Source: Eledone cirrhosa (taxonomy: Eukaryota). From it: DNA of 64,000 bases. Position numbers and translations under genes: made by a program. A model generated the notes under the pieces. It searched no databases. It was not told the origin of the DNA and saw only the letters and a list, made by a program, of their open reading frames with translations. Below, one piece after another: positions 13,901 through 29,551 of this stretch (within the stretch, counting starts at the first letter, position 1; each line of letters starts with the position of its first letter). The DNA is taken from contig OZ024758.1 of assembly GCA_964016885.1 (NCBI GenBank), forward strand, positions 682,001 through 746,000, in the 5' to 3' direction.

Positions 13901-14698
13901 TGTTAAAGCAAAAGTTGGACATAAAAATCCTGTTATTTTAGAAATATATTGCCTCTTTTCAATACAACTGATATTTTTAAAAGAGTATTGAATTCCAGTT
14001 ATATTTTATATGATGTTCCAAGTTTGTCAAGAATTGCTGGGGTGACTTAACATATTTGCCACCACAATATTTCTAGCAAAGAGCGTGCCATATATAGTCG
14101 CATAGATTTGTGTCTGTGTTTGCTTCAGTGTTCCTATGTATATGCATATTTAACCATTCATGCATATATACATACATGTATTATCTAAACTTCACACGTT
14201 TCAGGTGTTGAACACATACCCAAAGTTGTTTATATGTGCATGAATAAAACAAATGGATAAATATAGATATTTCTGAGTATGCTTATATAATCGTGTGTAT
14301 TTGTGCACGCTTGTGTGTCAAATGTGTGTAACATATTGGATTGGAAATAAATATTAGTTGGTGTATGTTATTGTATGCAACTGCATATGCATGTTCACGT
14401 TTCTATTTGTATATACACCATGTGTCTATATATGCAAATATATACCTATGCTTCAATGTGCTGCATATAAATTAATAACCTTATATTCTCTCATAAATAT
14501 ATGCAGGGAGTATTTAATCCCTCTCTCTTCCCTGGTTCTATTTCTCTCTCTCTCTCTTTATATATATAATATATATATTTATTTATTAGTAGTAGTACAG
14601 ATTAATGTTTAAGCAAATCATTTCTGCTTTCCCCAAATTACAGGATCTTCTGAAACCGAGAAAAATCAATCTGTAGACGCAGAAGTAAATATAAAAAA

Positions 14699-14877
14699 AA
14701 ACTCTCAGGAGAGTTGGACAGCAGAAGGTCTTTAGATAAGAAACTCTCAGGAGAGCTGGACATCAGACGGTCTTTAGAGAAGAAACTCCCAGGAGAGCTG
14801 GACATCAGAAGGTCTTTAGAGAAGAAACTCTCAGGAGAGCTGGACATCAGAAGATCTTTAGAGAAGAAACCCTCTCA
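14699..14877 (+). repeat. 42-bp minisatellite, ~4.3 units (frame reads KLSGELDIRRSLEK repeats)
   Basis: Unit AAACTCTCAGGAGAGCTGGACATCAGAAGGTCTTTAGAGAAG repeated with few substitutions. Confidence 0.9.
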
Positions 14878-16420
14878 AGAAAGGTTTTCGGCAAAATCTA
14901 AATGAATCTTTCACAGCTGAGAAATGAATTCGAAACATGAACAGAGATTACAATATTATTATCTACATTGATGACTTTATAGCATTATTATTTGTTTGAC
15001 ACTTGTACAAGTGTTATAGTAAATACTTCAACCATACTATTGGAAATAATTACTTCAGTTTCTTCATACTTTCAGAGTTCCATTGAATTTAAACATTTTG
15101 ATTATATGACTACCATTTCTGGAATATTCGTATTTAATAGAATCGTATCTGTTGTTTACATTTTAGCCTCTAACAATGATTAATTAGTTCTTACACTTGT
15201 CCTACAAAATTTCTCTACTTCAGAATAATTTTATACTTATGCAATTCTGTTCGTATTGTATTTAATACAATCATCTTAATAACAGGATAACTAAGGTCAA
15301 ACACCTTTAAGGCAGGCGTCTAAATTTGATTTAGTTGTTAATTATCAGATACAAACACTGTTAGCCGATAATTATAGTTTTACATTTTGGTATTATTCTA
15401 AAAGTAATCTAAATAAGACTTAAGAAAAAGAAACGTACATTTTAGTTCGATTTCATTTCGAATTCCGATTAATTTACTGGTTCGTCAGATAGAGAAGAGC
15501 AGTGCTCATATCAAAATACGAGGAATCTGAGAGTGGTTTCGAGAAGAAGCAGATGGTTTGCAGCAGAAAACTTTCTGTTAAAGTAACTGAAAAGCCAGAT
15601 TTTGTTAGAGTGGAAGAAAATGTCTCAATCCCTAAATTAGACCAGTATTCGGAGAATCAAGTAGGGACCCACGAATATCTGATGGCCGCTCTCTCAAAAG
15701 TAAACCTCACAATCACTTTGTAAAGCATTATTTTACACACATGCGTGTGGCTGAGTATTCCGTTGGCACGTGCAATTGAAACATAACACTCAAGCTGATT
15801 CAATGTGGTAAATATGTGACATGATGGGGCACTTAGCCGTAAGCTACAGTACATCCGTTGGTCTTCCGTAAGATTTGTTCTTATGAATTCAAATCCTGAA
15901 ACAAACAATTGTTAAAAATAGCAGACACGGAGTTAGAATCAGGAACCTCATAATTACTAGGTGAAATTTTACCTTCTACAACTTGTAATTGAGTTTACTG
16001 CATTCGGTTATTGAAATGGTAGCAACTAAGAACACACTGTAAATGACCACATGCTATTGGGTTGAAAGCGCCGTCCTCATCGGGTTAGGCCCTCGCAATT
16101 GACCAATAAACTGTGATCTCGATCAGCCAAACGATAATACTCTGAGACAACAACAATCTTATACGCAAGAAGAAGAAGCTACTCATCTATCCGTGAAATA
16201 TAAATAAAATATCTAAACTAACCACTTTTACTGACAATAGGGATGTAACAACCAAATCTAGAATGGTGTAGCTACTTCAACAAACTTCCACTGTTAGTCT
16301 CTGACTATATGTTTATCAAATAACAATACTTGTTATATTTCATCTTAGATAGGAAAAGACTCTATATAGTGGCTATCTAAATAATGTATCAATTATATAG
16401 TTAATGGATATGTATGTAAT

Positions 16421-16464
<44 letters not shown>

Positions 16465-16509
16465 CGTGTGTATGTGTGTGCATGTGTGTGTGCAAAGAGA
16501 GAGAGGGGG

Positions 16510-16541
<32 letters not shown>

Positions 16542-17099
16542 ACAAACAAAGGAAGAAAAAAAGAAAGAGGTGAAAGATGTGACATGCATATGTGTATGTG
16601 TAAGTGTATGTGTATGTAAGTGTGACAGTAAGGAGTTATTTGTATCTGCCAGTTGTGAATGTATGTATGTGCTCACATCTTTAACGCGGCAAAGTGTTTG
16701 TTTTGCCTTTTCATTTTGTTGTTTATATGTTGTATTGTTTTTATGTTTTGTATCTTTACTAATATTGTTTATAATACACTCGATAGTTTTCTAGTTTTGA
16801 CATTGACGGCTTTGTGTTTTATTTATCTTCATCTTGCCAGTCTACATGAACTCAAACTCACCAGCTTCACATCTCTCAGTCTCCAGTCATATACATACAC
16901 ACAAACACACACAAAAACACACATATATGTATTACTATATGCATATTATACAAATACATATATATATAACTATATATATATATATATATCACACATATAT
17001 ATATATATATTTACACACACACGCACAGATATATATATAGTAATAAAAATAAATTTGAAGACTAAAAATATATATATATATATACATACACACATATAT

Positions 17100-17142
<43 letters not shown>

Positions 17143-17797
17143 TATATATATATATACACAAATTCATATAAATACACACATACACACACCCATATATATG
17201 TGTCTGTATATGTGTGTATGTATGTGTGTATATATGTGTGCTTTTTCTGTAAAATTCTCCTATGGCTCAGACAACTTTGATGTTTAAATCCTTACAGAAA
17301 TCAAACATTTTTCTTTCCTATATTGATATTTGTATCTTTTTTACAATACCATCTTTTTTATATCTCCAAATAGTATAAAATATCGACATATACTGACATT
17401 TCATCCTCACTTAGATAAACACTCATAAAAAGATATTACAATAAGTATGAAGAGTTGTGACAAGTAAGCTTTATGATAAACCACAATATTTGATAATCAT
17501 TTTTACCTTATTGAAGAAAGCCAACTGTTTTGACACCTTATATTATATATAATGCATAAACACACACATATACACACATAACCTGACATATATACGCACA
17601 CACACATAAATATACATATACACATGCACACACACATAAAATTCATACATACAAATGAATACCAGCCTAAAAATACACATATACAACTACACAAACAGTA
17701 ATACATATACGTATTTACATGCATTCAGACATATATTGATATATACATAGATACGTAAATACACGCATACACACACATACACACACACACACACACA

Positions 17798-17891
<94 letters not shown>

Positions 17892-18139
17892 CATACATAA
17901 ATACATAGATATATACATACATGGATACAGAAACATATTCACGTGTATACATATAACTCAGGACATAAGATCCCTACATGCAATAAAACCAATACCTACG
18001 CACACACATACATACATAAACACACATATACATGCGTAAACACACACATACATACGTACATATCTAGTAGATATCTAATTTCCAATTCTATTGGTACAAA
18101 TTTGTAAAATGTTAATACCAGTAAAACATATATGTATGA

Positions 18140-18280
<141 letters not shown>

Positions 18281-18295
18281 AACACACACACACAG

Positions 18296-18331
<36 letters not shown>

Positions 18332-18334
<3 letters not shown>

Positions 18335-18646
18335 ACGAAGGAGGTAGGGTAAGGATCCAGATGGACCATAACACACCAGAGTACTCAATACTTAGGGTAA
18401 TAGAGTGGGAATAGGAAAATGTTTAACCCCGACGGCAGAGCTCAAGCCGTCTCGACGGCTATTTCTGACTAAATTTCGCATGGTGGATGTAATGAAACTT
18501 GAACTGGGTGGAAAAGTCAGGATATGGCGTGGTAGGGTCGGAAAGTGATCTACTACGGAGATAGGAGCTAGATAACGAAGGATTTAGTCCAGAAATAGCT
18601 GTCGAAACGGCTTGAGATCTGCCATCGGGGTTAAACATTTTCCTAT
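18332..18646. mobile_element. Non-coding inverted PLE-type insert, family shared with 40310 and 44151
   Basis: Arms 18411-18474 / 18582-18646; tail 18332-18410 (AACGAAGG..GGACCATAAC..GTACTCAATACTTAGGGTA); (TA)n on both sides. Confidence 0.75.
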
Positions 18647-19101
18647 ATATATATATACGCACATATACATACATACATACGTCAATCAGCGTATTTTAAC
18701 TTGTCATTCTTTCGTCTTATATCGTGTATTATGACTCGTAGAGATATTGTATATTCGGTTTGTTGAGAAACAATCAATTTTGTAGTGAAATCTAATTATT
18801 CGCTGGAGAAAAACGTTTGTTTCTATTACAAACATATTTGAAAGTATCGTAGCGCGATTGATCACTCTCTCTCTCTATGGTTGTATGACATCGATGGCAG
18901 GTGGTAACTCTTGTTTCGGTGGGGACAGCTGAAGAAATCAAACCAATAACAACCTGTACTATTTCCCTTCCACAATAATACGACCAAATGGTTGGGTTAC
19001 TATCCATATTTTTCCGTCACATGATAATGATTCTTAAGCATAAATGTAACCTTTACGTGGACTTGAAAATGGTTACCAAATATTGCCCATTTTTTTTAAA
19101 C

Positions 19102-19354
19102 TATGGGCATATGGTTAGAATATCTCAGGAAAGAATCACTGGACAGATTTTACGGGTAAAGAAAAAAAATGGCAAGAGACCCATGGTTAGACCCTGTGAA
19201 AGATGGTTGGATAACATCCATGAGCTTGGCTGGTCACGCTTGGGGAACCATCCGGATCAGTTGGAGACGGTTGCTTTTGACAGGACACGCTGAAAGGAGT
19301 GTTTGAGGACTCTGTCCCCACGATCCTCTCAGGAATAAGTGGGCGAAGAAGAAG
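19102..19354 (+). mobile_element. RTE-clade LINE 3' fragment
   Basis: YGHMVRISQERITGQIL..GKRPMVRPCERWLDNI matches the RTE post-RT GH..R / GRP..RW.D signature; ends in GAAGAAGAAG. Confidence 0.7.
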
Positions 19355-19482
19355 CAGCTGGTTTGTAAACAAATATGCCAATATTATATTTAACAAATTA
19401 ATCAGAAAGATGTAACTATTCGGTACCATTATCAAGAGACATCTTGTCATTTGTTACCTAAATGCAAAACCACTTTCCCATG

Positions 19483-19517
<35 letters not shown>

Positions 19518-19545
19518 GTCTTCCTCTCTCTCTATCTCTCCCCCC

Positions 19546-19693
<148 letters not shown>

Positions 19694-21020
19694 TGTGTGT
19701 CTGTGTGTATATACATATTCCATTCACACATTACCTTTCAAAGATTAGTGTAAGATTCGCCATACTGAAATCATTTGATTAGTCAAGTTTGACTTAGTTA
19801 CCATTTTTTAGTTTATGAGAAGTTTGATACTAATTTATCTCTCAGTAACAACGATATATACTAAGATATATAATTAAAGTGAGAATTACATCAAATAAAG
19901 AACATTTTTTATGCATGTCGCTGTCGAATTCTCAAACTTATAATTTAAATAGTTAAACTCTCCACTAATTATTTGTTTCTTTAGACTTACTGATCATAGA
20001 ATAATTTGTTTGCTTCTATATACTGTATATCATTATACTTTGGAACACGCAGCTATGGCTCACGACCAAATCTGTTAAACTTGAAATCGAAGCATTTTAA
20101 TTTCAAGCATAGTATATTTAGGACTAAAGTATAAATTGCCTTCTGTTTCGTAAGCATGATGAACGTACGGAGTTTACAGAGAAGGTGGAAGCATTTATGA
20201 AATGGTTGTTGGGTGGCAAATTTGGTCAATTTAGTTGTAGTGATTAGTTTAGCTGTTATTATCAAATATCAACCAAGATATAAAAAAAAAAATCGATATG
20301 CGATTAACAAAAAATGTATATAAAATGTAGCGCTTATACAAATAGATGTGTTTCTTCGAAATTTGGGGAGAAAAATATATACTGGCCCCTCCAGTTCCAC
20401 CGCCCCTAGTTTATAGGTGATTTGACAGATATTTCTATCATACAAAGGGACAACATTCACTCAAAAGACAGCTCTATCATCGATGTGAGATGAAGGAGAC
20501 CATTTAAACCAGCGTGAGTTTAAATCATGATATAGTGAATCACTAAGAAATTTAAAAGATCTTCACATCTGGTTTCGTTCCTTTTATTTGATAACGTCTT
20601 GTTTTTCTTTTTTTAATTTAATAATTGTGTCTGTAGCTCAGTCAATCTGTATATATGACGTGTAAGAACGTGTGTGACAGTGCATGTGTATGTATGTGCA
20701 TGTGTATGTGTGTATGTATGTATGTATGTATGTGAGTATGTATGTGTATGTATATATGATGTAGTGATGTGAGGTAAATGGAAACAACACCAAGAAGTAA
20801 GCTAATTAAACATGGATGCGTGAAAAAGCGAATCATCATAAACAAACACGTTTTGCATGTCTGTCTCTCCTTAGATATATTGTCTCCTGTGTATTTTTAA
20901 AGGATTCGTAATGCACATATGTACAAACATACATTTACACTCACACTCAAATAAAGTCGCGCTCACATGCACACAGACGTGAATACATACACATACACAC
21001 TCACATACACACACACATGA

Positions 21021-21155
21021 AATAATCAGGATTCTTTTAATGAAACAGTTCTAGGCCTGTAGAAACAATTTCTATATAAAAATTGATGTTGACAACCCTA
21101 CAAATGTATTGAGTACCTTACTAACTCTGGTTATCGCCGATTGAACCCAGAAATT
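21021..21155 (+). mobile_element. Short repeat ending in (CA)n, homologous to 29881-30016
   Basis: Shares TGAAACAGTTCTAG.CC.GTAGAA and GTACCTTACT.ACT.TGGTTA.C.CCGATTGAAC with the reverse complement of 29881-29990. Confidence 0.6.
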
Positions 21156-21659
21156 ACACACACACACTCATATATATATATATGTATATATGTGTGTGTG
21201 TGTATGTATGTGTATGTACATGTCTGTTTATCTTTAATTCCTCTGTATGACCTTTTGTAGTTGTATTCATTTCTATATATATTTTCTTTTAAATGTTATT
21301 TCCTTTGTTTACTGAGCTTTCAGCACCCCACAACACCCCACCCCACCCTATCCCAACACAGTCCAGCCCCCCACACCCATATTTCGAAGTATCATTGGAG
21401 GCGTTTTCTTATGATTACCAAATGTTGTCGTCTCATAGCATGGAAATGTCCATGCACATGCGCATTTAATCTGTTCGTTTACATGCAGCCATAAAGCTAT
21501 GTGTGGATAAACAAAGCTCAATTTGCTTAACGCCATGGCGCGTTCCTCCTTCACAGCTTACACATACCCCTCTGTTAGGAGGATTAAATAAATAAACATT
21601 CATAGATATAGTCGCAAGTACACATCCTAACACGTCAAATAAGACACACTCTCACACTC

Positions 21660-21689
21660 ATGTATATATATATATATATATATAAAAAG

Positions 21690-21744
<55 letters not shown>

Positions 21745-21745
21745 A

Positions 21746-21778
<33 letters not shown>

Positions 21779-21779
21779 A

Positions 21780-21832
<53 letters not shown>

Positions 21833-21843
21833 AATATATATAT

Positions 21844-21874
<31 letters not shown>

Positions 21875-21875
21875 A

Positions 21876-21938
<63 letters not shown>

Positions 21939-21939
21939 A

Positions 21940-21990
<51 letters not shown>

Positions 21991-22003
21991 CATATATATA
22001 TAA

Positions 22004-22040
<37 letters not shown>

Positions 22041-22067
22041 CATATATATATAAATATATATATATAC

Positions 22068-22100
<33 letters not shown>

Positions 22101-22143
22101 AAAATATATATATATATAAATATATATATATATACATATATAT

Positions 22144-22238
<95 letters not shown>

Positions 22239-22260
22239 CATACATATATATATATATATA
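21660..22260. repeat. Long (TA)n microsatellite with CA/AA interruptions
   Basis: Direct reading of the sequence. Confidence 0.95.
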
Positions 22261-22261
22261 A

Positions 22262-22425
22262 AGTCGCATGGCTTAGTGATTAGAGCGTTTAGCTTACAAT
22301 CCTGAGGTTGTGAGTTTGCTTCTCAGACCGGGCTTTGAGCAAAGTTCATGTAGCAAGACACTTTATTTCACGTTGCTCCAGTTCACTCAGCTGTAGAAAT
22401 AAGTTGTTACGTCAATGGTGCGTCC
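22262..22425 (+). mobile_element. tRNA-derived SINE family B variant
   Basis: A-box-like TGGCTTAGTGATTAGAGC, decayed B box, core GCAAGACACTTTATTTCACGTTGCTCC shared with the 30028 copy. Confidence 0.65.
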
Positions 22426-22765
22426 TTCTGCATTAAAGCGAGTGCGTGTGCGTGTGTGTGTGTGTGCTTTGTTAATATGTCTCCTGTACGTGTGCATATG
22501 TAGGTAATGGGTATTTGGCTTATTTTTCTGGAGGATCAATTATTGACACAAAAATCCTTTCAGTATAATGGAAGTTGTAGGGGAAATATTCACACCAGTC
22601 TTGTATGTGTTGTATAGAGAGTAGTATATTCAACTCATTATGCGCTGCTGGGTAATGTCAAATATGAAATTTTCTTTCGGAGGTCTCTGGCGTTATATAT
22701 GTTTAAAGTATACAAGTTCTAGACTTGAATGTTGTTGATCAGACTTCATTGTATATGCCTATCAT

Positions 22766-22868
22766 TGCCGAGGTTGACTTTGCCTTTCATCCTTACGGGG
22801 TCGATAAAATAAAGTACCAGTAATGCACTGGGTAATTGCTGGCCTTGTGCCTAAAGTAGAAACAATTA
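22766..22868 (+). mobile_element. 5'-truncated SINE family A
   Basis: GCCGAGGTTGACTTTGCCTTTCATCCTTACGGGGTCGATAAAATAAAGTACCAG...GGCCTTGTGCCTAAAGTAGAAACAATTA. Confidence 0.8.
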
Positions 22869-22878
22869 TATATATATA

Positions 22879-22944
<66 letters not shown>

Positions 22945-22960
22945 CACACACACACACACG

Positions 22961-23006
<46 letters not shown>

Positions 23007-23762
23007 TATATATATGTATATATATTTACTAAAATAACAGATTAAAGTTTAACAACTGCAGAATGATAAATGTTATATAATGAATGGAGGTATATTCGGG
23101 AAATCTATCGGTGTAGGAGTCTATTTGATGAATATATAGGGGTGGTGATTTAAGTTCGATCTATTGGAATCCCACAGTACCATCAATACCTAACTTAGTA
23201 AACAAGGAATGGTGAACGACAGACCACATATGGTTGAATTGCTTTCCAGAACGAAATAAGACTAAATTGACGTTCCACCATTTTTAACAAAATACGACCA
23301 CCTCTTAAATAAACAATCCACCCCCCAAACAGCCACAACATCCTTCCTGCCCACTTCCTTTCATCCTCGTGTCCAATATTTCCTTCCATTCTTCATTCTT
23401 CATGGGTATGCTTTCTGCAAGTAATCTTTTTATCTTACATGAGTAGATATATAGATGTATATCTATATACATCTATACACAAACACACACATACACATAC
23501 ACACACATACAAGCACACACACACACACAAATACACACACACACAGACATACATACGAACACGCACACACAGACACACACACACACACATACATATATAT
23601 ATATTGATACATGCACACATGCATACATATATAACTACATACATACATTCATACATACATGCATACATGTGTAGATGTATATCTCAGTATACACACAGAC
23701 ACACACATACTCATACACAAACACACACACATATGCACAAACACACAAACACACACAGGCAT

Positions 23763-23794
<32 letters not shown>

Positions 23795-24442
23795 TGATAC
23801 ATGCACACATGCATACATTTATAAATAGATACATACATTCATACATGCATGCATATACAGATCTATATAAAATATTTACATCATAAATCTCTATGTAAAT
23901 TCCACATAAACACAAGAAATTACACATTACACAACACCGTCTCATCCACCCACACACGACCTATGTAGGTTGGATACAATAATCATTAGTTCAATAGATT
24001 TGGTCCTTGTGAAATAATACATTTTCATTATTACACATTCAACGCAACACAGTTTCTGTGTTAGATATTATAACGTATTTTCACAAGCAACCGTTTCCTT
24101 TGGAATTGGTATAAACTAATAGATGAATAAACGTTGTCTAAATAAAGACGTCCGTGAATTGAAGCGAGAAATGGATTGTCTGCAAAAGGGATAAACACTA
24201 AGGTGTGTAAACAAAGTGAAAGCAAAGTGATTGAAAAATAGTAGAGAAAAAGAGATTAACACATCCTTAGCCACTAATGTAGACATCCAGGGCTCGTTTG
24301 AGGCTTACAGGCCTGTCTGTAGCGGAAGGAGTTGTTATCGTATCAGCAGTTGCTTAAGGACATCAATGAAATCAACACACACACGTACGTATACGTAAAA
24401 ACACACACAAATATATATACAGAGAGAGAGAGAGAGAGAGAG

Positions 24443-24497
<55 letters not shown>

Positions 24498-25278
24498 ATT
24501 GAGAGAGAGCAACGCAGGGAGCCCCATTTAAAACAATCATGCACGAACTAGTGTGGATACCCTCCCACACGCACGAATACTCAAAAACGCACAGAAAGAT
24601 ACACACACACATACACATGCACACACACACACAGAATAATACTGAGAGCCCCATTTAAAACAAACATACAATCCCACACGTACGAATACGTAGAACCGTA
24701 CACTAAGACACACACAGACACACACAAACACACACACATACACATAGGAATAGAGAGAGAGACCCATTTAAAATAAACATACACTCCCACAAAAAATACT
24801 ATTGTTATATACAGGGTTTTGTGTATAAAATAGTTGCGTTATAAATATTCGCGAACAGATATGAAACATACACACATATATATACCAATGTAGATACATA
24901 ATTATATATGTAAGAATGTGCATATATATATATACACACACAGACACACCCATATATATATATATATATAATCATATTTTTTATAATCAATTAAGATTCA
25001 TGCGTTTTATCGGTTGAATCCTATTTTAGGGAACAATAGTTTCTATTTTATTAGTTCTGAAATATTTTGTGAAATATTCACATTCTCATTTCAGATAATA
25101 AAGCTGTAAATTCTGAACATATCTATATCAACTATTGTATAAATATCGGTGATTAGAAATCTGGGAAGTTTAAACCGAACATTTCCAAATTAGAGATTTA
25201 GCTTTGTCGTGCCTCGTGTATGCACTCACGATTATTGCAATGTTTTTTTTTTATTTAACATCATATGAGGTGATTCGG

Positions 25279-25317
<39 letters not shown>

Positions 25318-26742
25318 GTGTGAGTGTGCCTCAGGATAAGAAGAAAATTCGATCCCAATGTTTCTCGGTCCTCTGGCACTTGTGCTACCCTACTGACATA
25401 AGAACATATGAATAAAACAAACAAATAAAGGCACAGAACAAAAAGAACCTCAAAATCAATTCCATACAGTATAGCATATATTGTGTCATTCAGCTTAGTA
25501 ACATTCATTACTAAAACATTTAGATTCGTTTTTCTTTTCTTTTTGAAACCACTAAAGCTGCAAAACAGTTTTTACGAGAAGACACTTCGTTGTCTTCAAT
25601 GGCGGAATATTTTCTTTATTTTTTCATGTTCTTACATCTCCCCATTCAGTTTTTCTATTCTTTAAAAATATGTTTATTTTTTGTGGTTTATGAATCTTCT
25701 GATATGTTAGTAGTTCTTAGTGAAAGATTCTTAAGCAAATTTCAGGACGTCGTCATCAGAAATGAAATCTGTTAGCAAATTATATGGTCCTTAGGTAGGT
25801 TTTAAGTACGTTGGTGTTGGTAAAATATGTTGGCAGGTTTACCAGGTGTTCTTTTTGAAATAGTTATTCTTCTTTTTCCCTCCTTTTAATTTTAACAGTC
25901 AAACGTTGGGAAGTTAAAACAAGTTGTAGATAGACAAGTAAAAAATAAAGTATGTAAGGAAATATATGAAGCAAAGTATTCCTCGTATAGAAATTTGAAT
26001 TAGTGCAATGAATTCCATCAACACTGTCTCCACTTACAAAGTTTCATCACTACCATCAGCACAGTATTTATAACAAGAATAAAATAATAAAGATAAGTAT
26101 ACAGAACTTTCTTTAATAGACTTGCTGACTTAGGACCTGCATGACAAAGGATGATATTTTATGCTGTCTACAGTTATTAGATCACCCCCACCCCCAAGAA
26201 ACATTGGTGACGGGTTTTAAATCTAAATGCTTATCTTGTAAGCTACCTCTTAAACATTTTCTTGTTAGTCAATATTTTAAAAATCATACGTTATGCATCT
26301 ATTTAATTATATTCTTATATACTACATATTCTTATATGCTATATCTATTTAATTATATTCTTAAACTTCATGGTAACCTTAGTCGAGTATATCTTCTCTT
26401 ATGGCCCTTCAAGTTGTGCCCGTCCTCATTTTGTATAGCAAGTACTGTATTCACCAATGTGTCTTTGTTTTTGGATTTATGGAAAATCTCTACTTCTCGC
26501 AGGTGAAGTGTCCATTAAATGTTTTTTTTATATAGGCTCCTTTCAATTCTATTATCAAATATTGTTTAGTTGCTCAACCGATTCTCAACTCTATTCATAG
26601 AAACAACACCATCAATACACACCACCACCACCCCCAACAACAACAACAAAATAACAACACAACAGCCATTGAAAAACTGGGGCAATATTTAGCTTCTACC
26701 ACAAAAGCAAAAACAACAGCAATATAAATAACTAATAATAAT

Positions 26743-26960
26743 TATAATTGTTTCTACTTTAGGCACAAGGCCAGCAATTTGAAGGTTAGGGGAAAGTCGA
26801 TTAAATTTACCCCAGTACATTACTAGTACTTTATTTATCAACCGCGTAAGGATGAAAGGCAAAGATAACCTCTGTAGGATTTAAACTTAGGACGTAAAGG
26901 GACGTAACTCCATGCTGTGAAGCATTGTATCCGACTCTCTACCCATACTGCCAATACACC
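26743..26960 (-). mobile_element. Full-length SINE family A
   Basis: Collinear with 35176-35361; minus strand starts GGTGTATTGGCAGTATGGGTAGAG (A box). Confidence 0.8.
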
Positions 26961-27300
26961 ACCCTACTAACAACAACAACAACAACAACGATAACATGAT
27001 AATGTTAACAAGAGGAGTTATACAAAAGCTGGTAGAATATTCTAACAAAGGATACAGTCATTAAAAATGTAAAACAAAATTATAAAAATCCCAGACTGAA
27101 AAGGGTAAAATTTGACGTCAGGGAAAACGAACTTGGCATATATTTTATTTTTCCTGTCTTTTCTCTGAGCGGAACTATCCAAACAAACTCTCCAGTAACT
27201 ACTAAGGTGGTAGGGGAAAAGTTCTTTAATTTAAGTGAAGCTGCAGAACATACATTTCTACCAGAACCAGCACCACCAGCACCACCACCAGCGTCACATG

Positions 27301-27404
<104 letters not shown>

Positions 27405-28281
27405 CATATATATAAATCCATATCCATATCTCCATATATATATATATATATATATATATATTACCACTAGTAATAGCATACACATACACATGTACAAACA
27501 TACAGAAATACAAACACATACACATATACACAGACAGTAACATTCAATGGAACACACAGACAATCGCACAAGAACTAACACACACGCAATAACAATAACG
27601 ACAACAACAACAACATCATCATATGGGCTATAGGCCAATGTTGCTGGATGTGAATGGCCATGAATGCATTAAAGGCAAACTTGTGACTGTCAATGCTGCA
27701 GCTGGGGCAATGGCTTGATACTTTCCTGGGAATGTTTCGCTTTCTTTAAGGGATTTGAAATTCATTTTGAAATGGACGGGTTCTTACCTCGAAATCTAAG
27801 TGATTCCGAAAGACTACTGACACCTCGCCATCCGACTCTGATAATCCACAAACGTAAAATAACTCGTAATCGTACAAAAAGAAAAAAGAAAAAATGAGTG
27901 CATGGACACGTGTTCCTGAAACAATCTTCTCATTGTTTGAAAGAGGATTCTAGTTAAAAGAGTTCGATGGATGAGACTATATTTTAGAGTTTTGTACGAG
28001 TTTCTAGCCGTGTTTAATAAACATATGTCATGACAGATCTTGGATAGGAGTTTGAAGAATTGGGGTATATTTTAAAGGTGTTTACCTGATAAGAAGACAA
28101 ACAATATTTCAACCGCAGCAAAAAGATAATTTCTTCCGATCTTTCGTGAACGAAACATTAGAGAGCTCTAGTCGATATATCACCCCAGCGTTTATTTCAC
28201 TCTAAAGCCTTTGTCTATCAGATGATTATTCCCCGCCCACACATTTGGGGGCTGTGAAGAATTTTACCCCCTTACGGGTAG

Positions 28282-28374
<93 letters not shown>

Positions 28375-28376
<2 letters not shown>

Positions 28377-28576
28377 CGGGGGTCGGCTGAAAAAATCATA
28401 GGCTGAATAAGATAAACTCATGAAATAACCGAATGAAGTTTATTTTTCAACATAATGCCGAGAAAGAAACAATGCAGTTGTTAATAAGGAGAGTCCAAAG
28501 TAATGAATGCAAGATTTCACAGCTCAAGCATCACTCCTCCATGGTCAGCCTATGATATTTTTAGCCTACTCTCGTA
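28375..28576. mobile_element. Tc1/mariner-type MITE
   Basis: TACGGGGGTCGGCTGAAAAAATCATAGGCTGA ... TCAGCCTATGATATTTTTAGCCTACTCTCGTA terminal inverted repeats with TA at both ends. Confidence 0.75.
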
Positions 28577-29551
28577 CATAACTACGTACCATCTTCGAAT
28601 ATGTTTCAGTTCATTGTAATATACAGATAGATAAATATAAGCTCTTGGTCCCTCCAAACAAATAGAAAATGCAGAAGAGAGATACTCTTATAAGCACAAC
28701 TCGTTGCTTTTACAAGAAGCGAATGATCCAGCACTCAACACTGGTCGATGATCCGCCTGTAATATATTATATATATTATGCAGGAAGCTTACACATTGCC
28801 CGACCTTTGAATATGTTTCTGTTAGCTCAGTTCTGGGCTGGACAGCCCACTTTGCTTGTAACCTTGTTCTACTTCCTATGTTGAGCATATATTTCATTAG
28901 ACACCAAGCGTCACACCGAGAGCCTATGTCAAGCAACATGTTGAATTACAAGCCCACAGACATTCCTGCTTAATGTATATTCATGGTACAACATCATAAA
29001 GTAAATCAGGATATAGGCCTGGCAAACTAACTTCAGTAAGACATAGAAAGTAAAACATTAGAAAGATGTGAAGGATCAAAGAAGAACTTGAAGAAGACGG
29101 AAAATACGAAATGTTTAAGCGTTTAAAAATGTTTGATTTTCATAAATAAACAAATATAAATATATACATATTTATATGTATATATGTAAATAGGTGTATA
29201 TATATATGTATATATATTATATATATATAACGTATATATGTATATATGTATATATGTATATATATATAATGTATATATGTATATATATAATACACATAAT
29301 ATATATATATATATATATGTACATAAAGGCAAAAAAACGTATCTTTAGATTTTGGAATTTGGAAAATATTAAGACAATATGTTGTTATAGGTTAGATCAA
29401 AGAACAAAAAATAATTTGTTTTGTTTCCTAAAACTGACGAGAATATAGTGAATGCATATTGAATGTTTGTATAGTAATGTGCAACCATAGGACGGTCTAC
29501 ATAAATATGGACTAGTGAAAACAAAACCTTATGTTTTATATGTGTTCATGA

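Noticed and set aside
14699-14877. CRISPR-like array
   Set aside because: Contiguous tandem units without unique spacers, eukaryotic context, no cas genes.
15488-15660. Possible + strand exon (similarly 1540-1577 and ~36030-36205)
   Set aside because: Open frames with some splice-like borders but no recognisable protein and no consistent exon chain.
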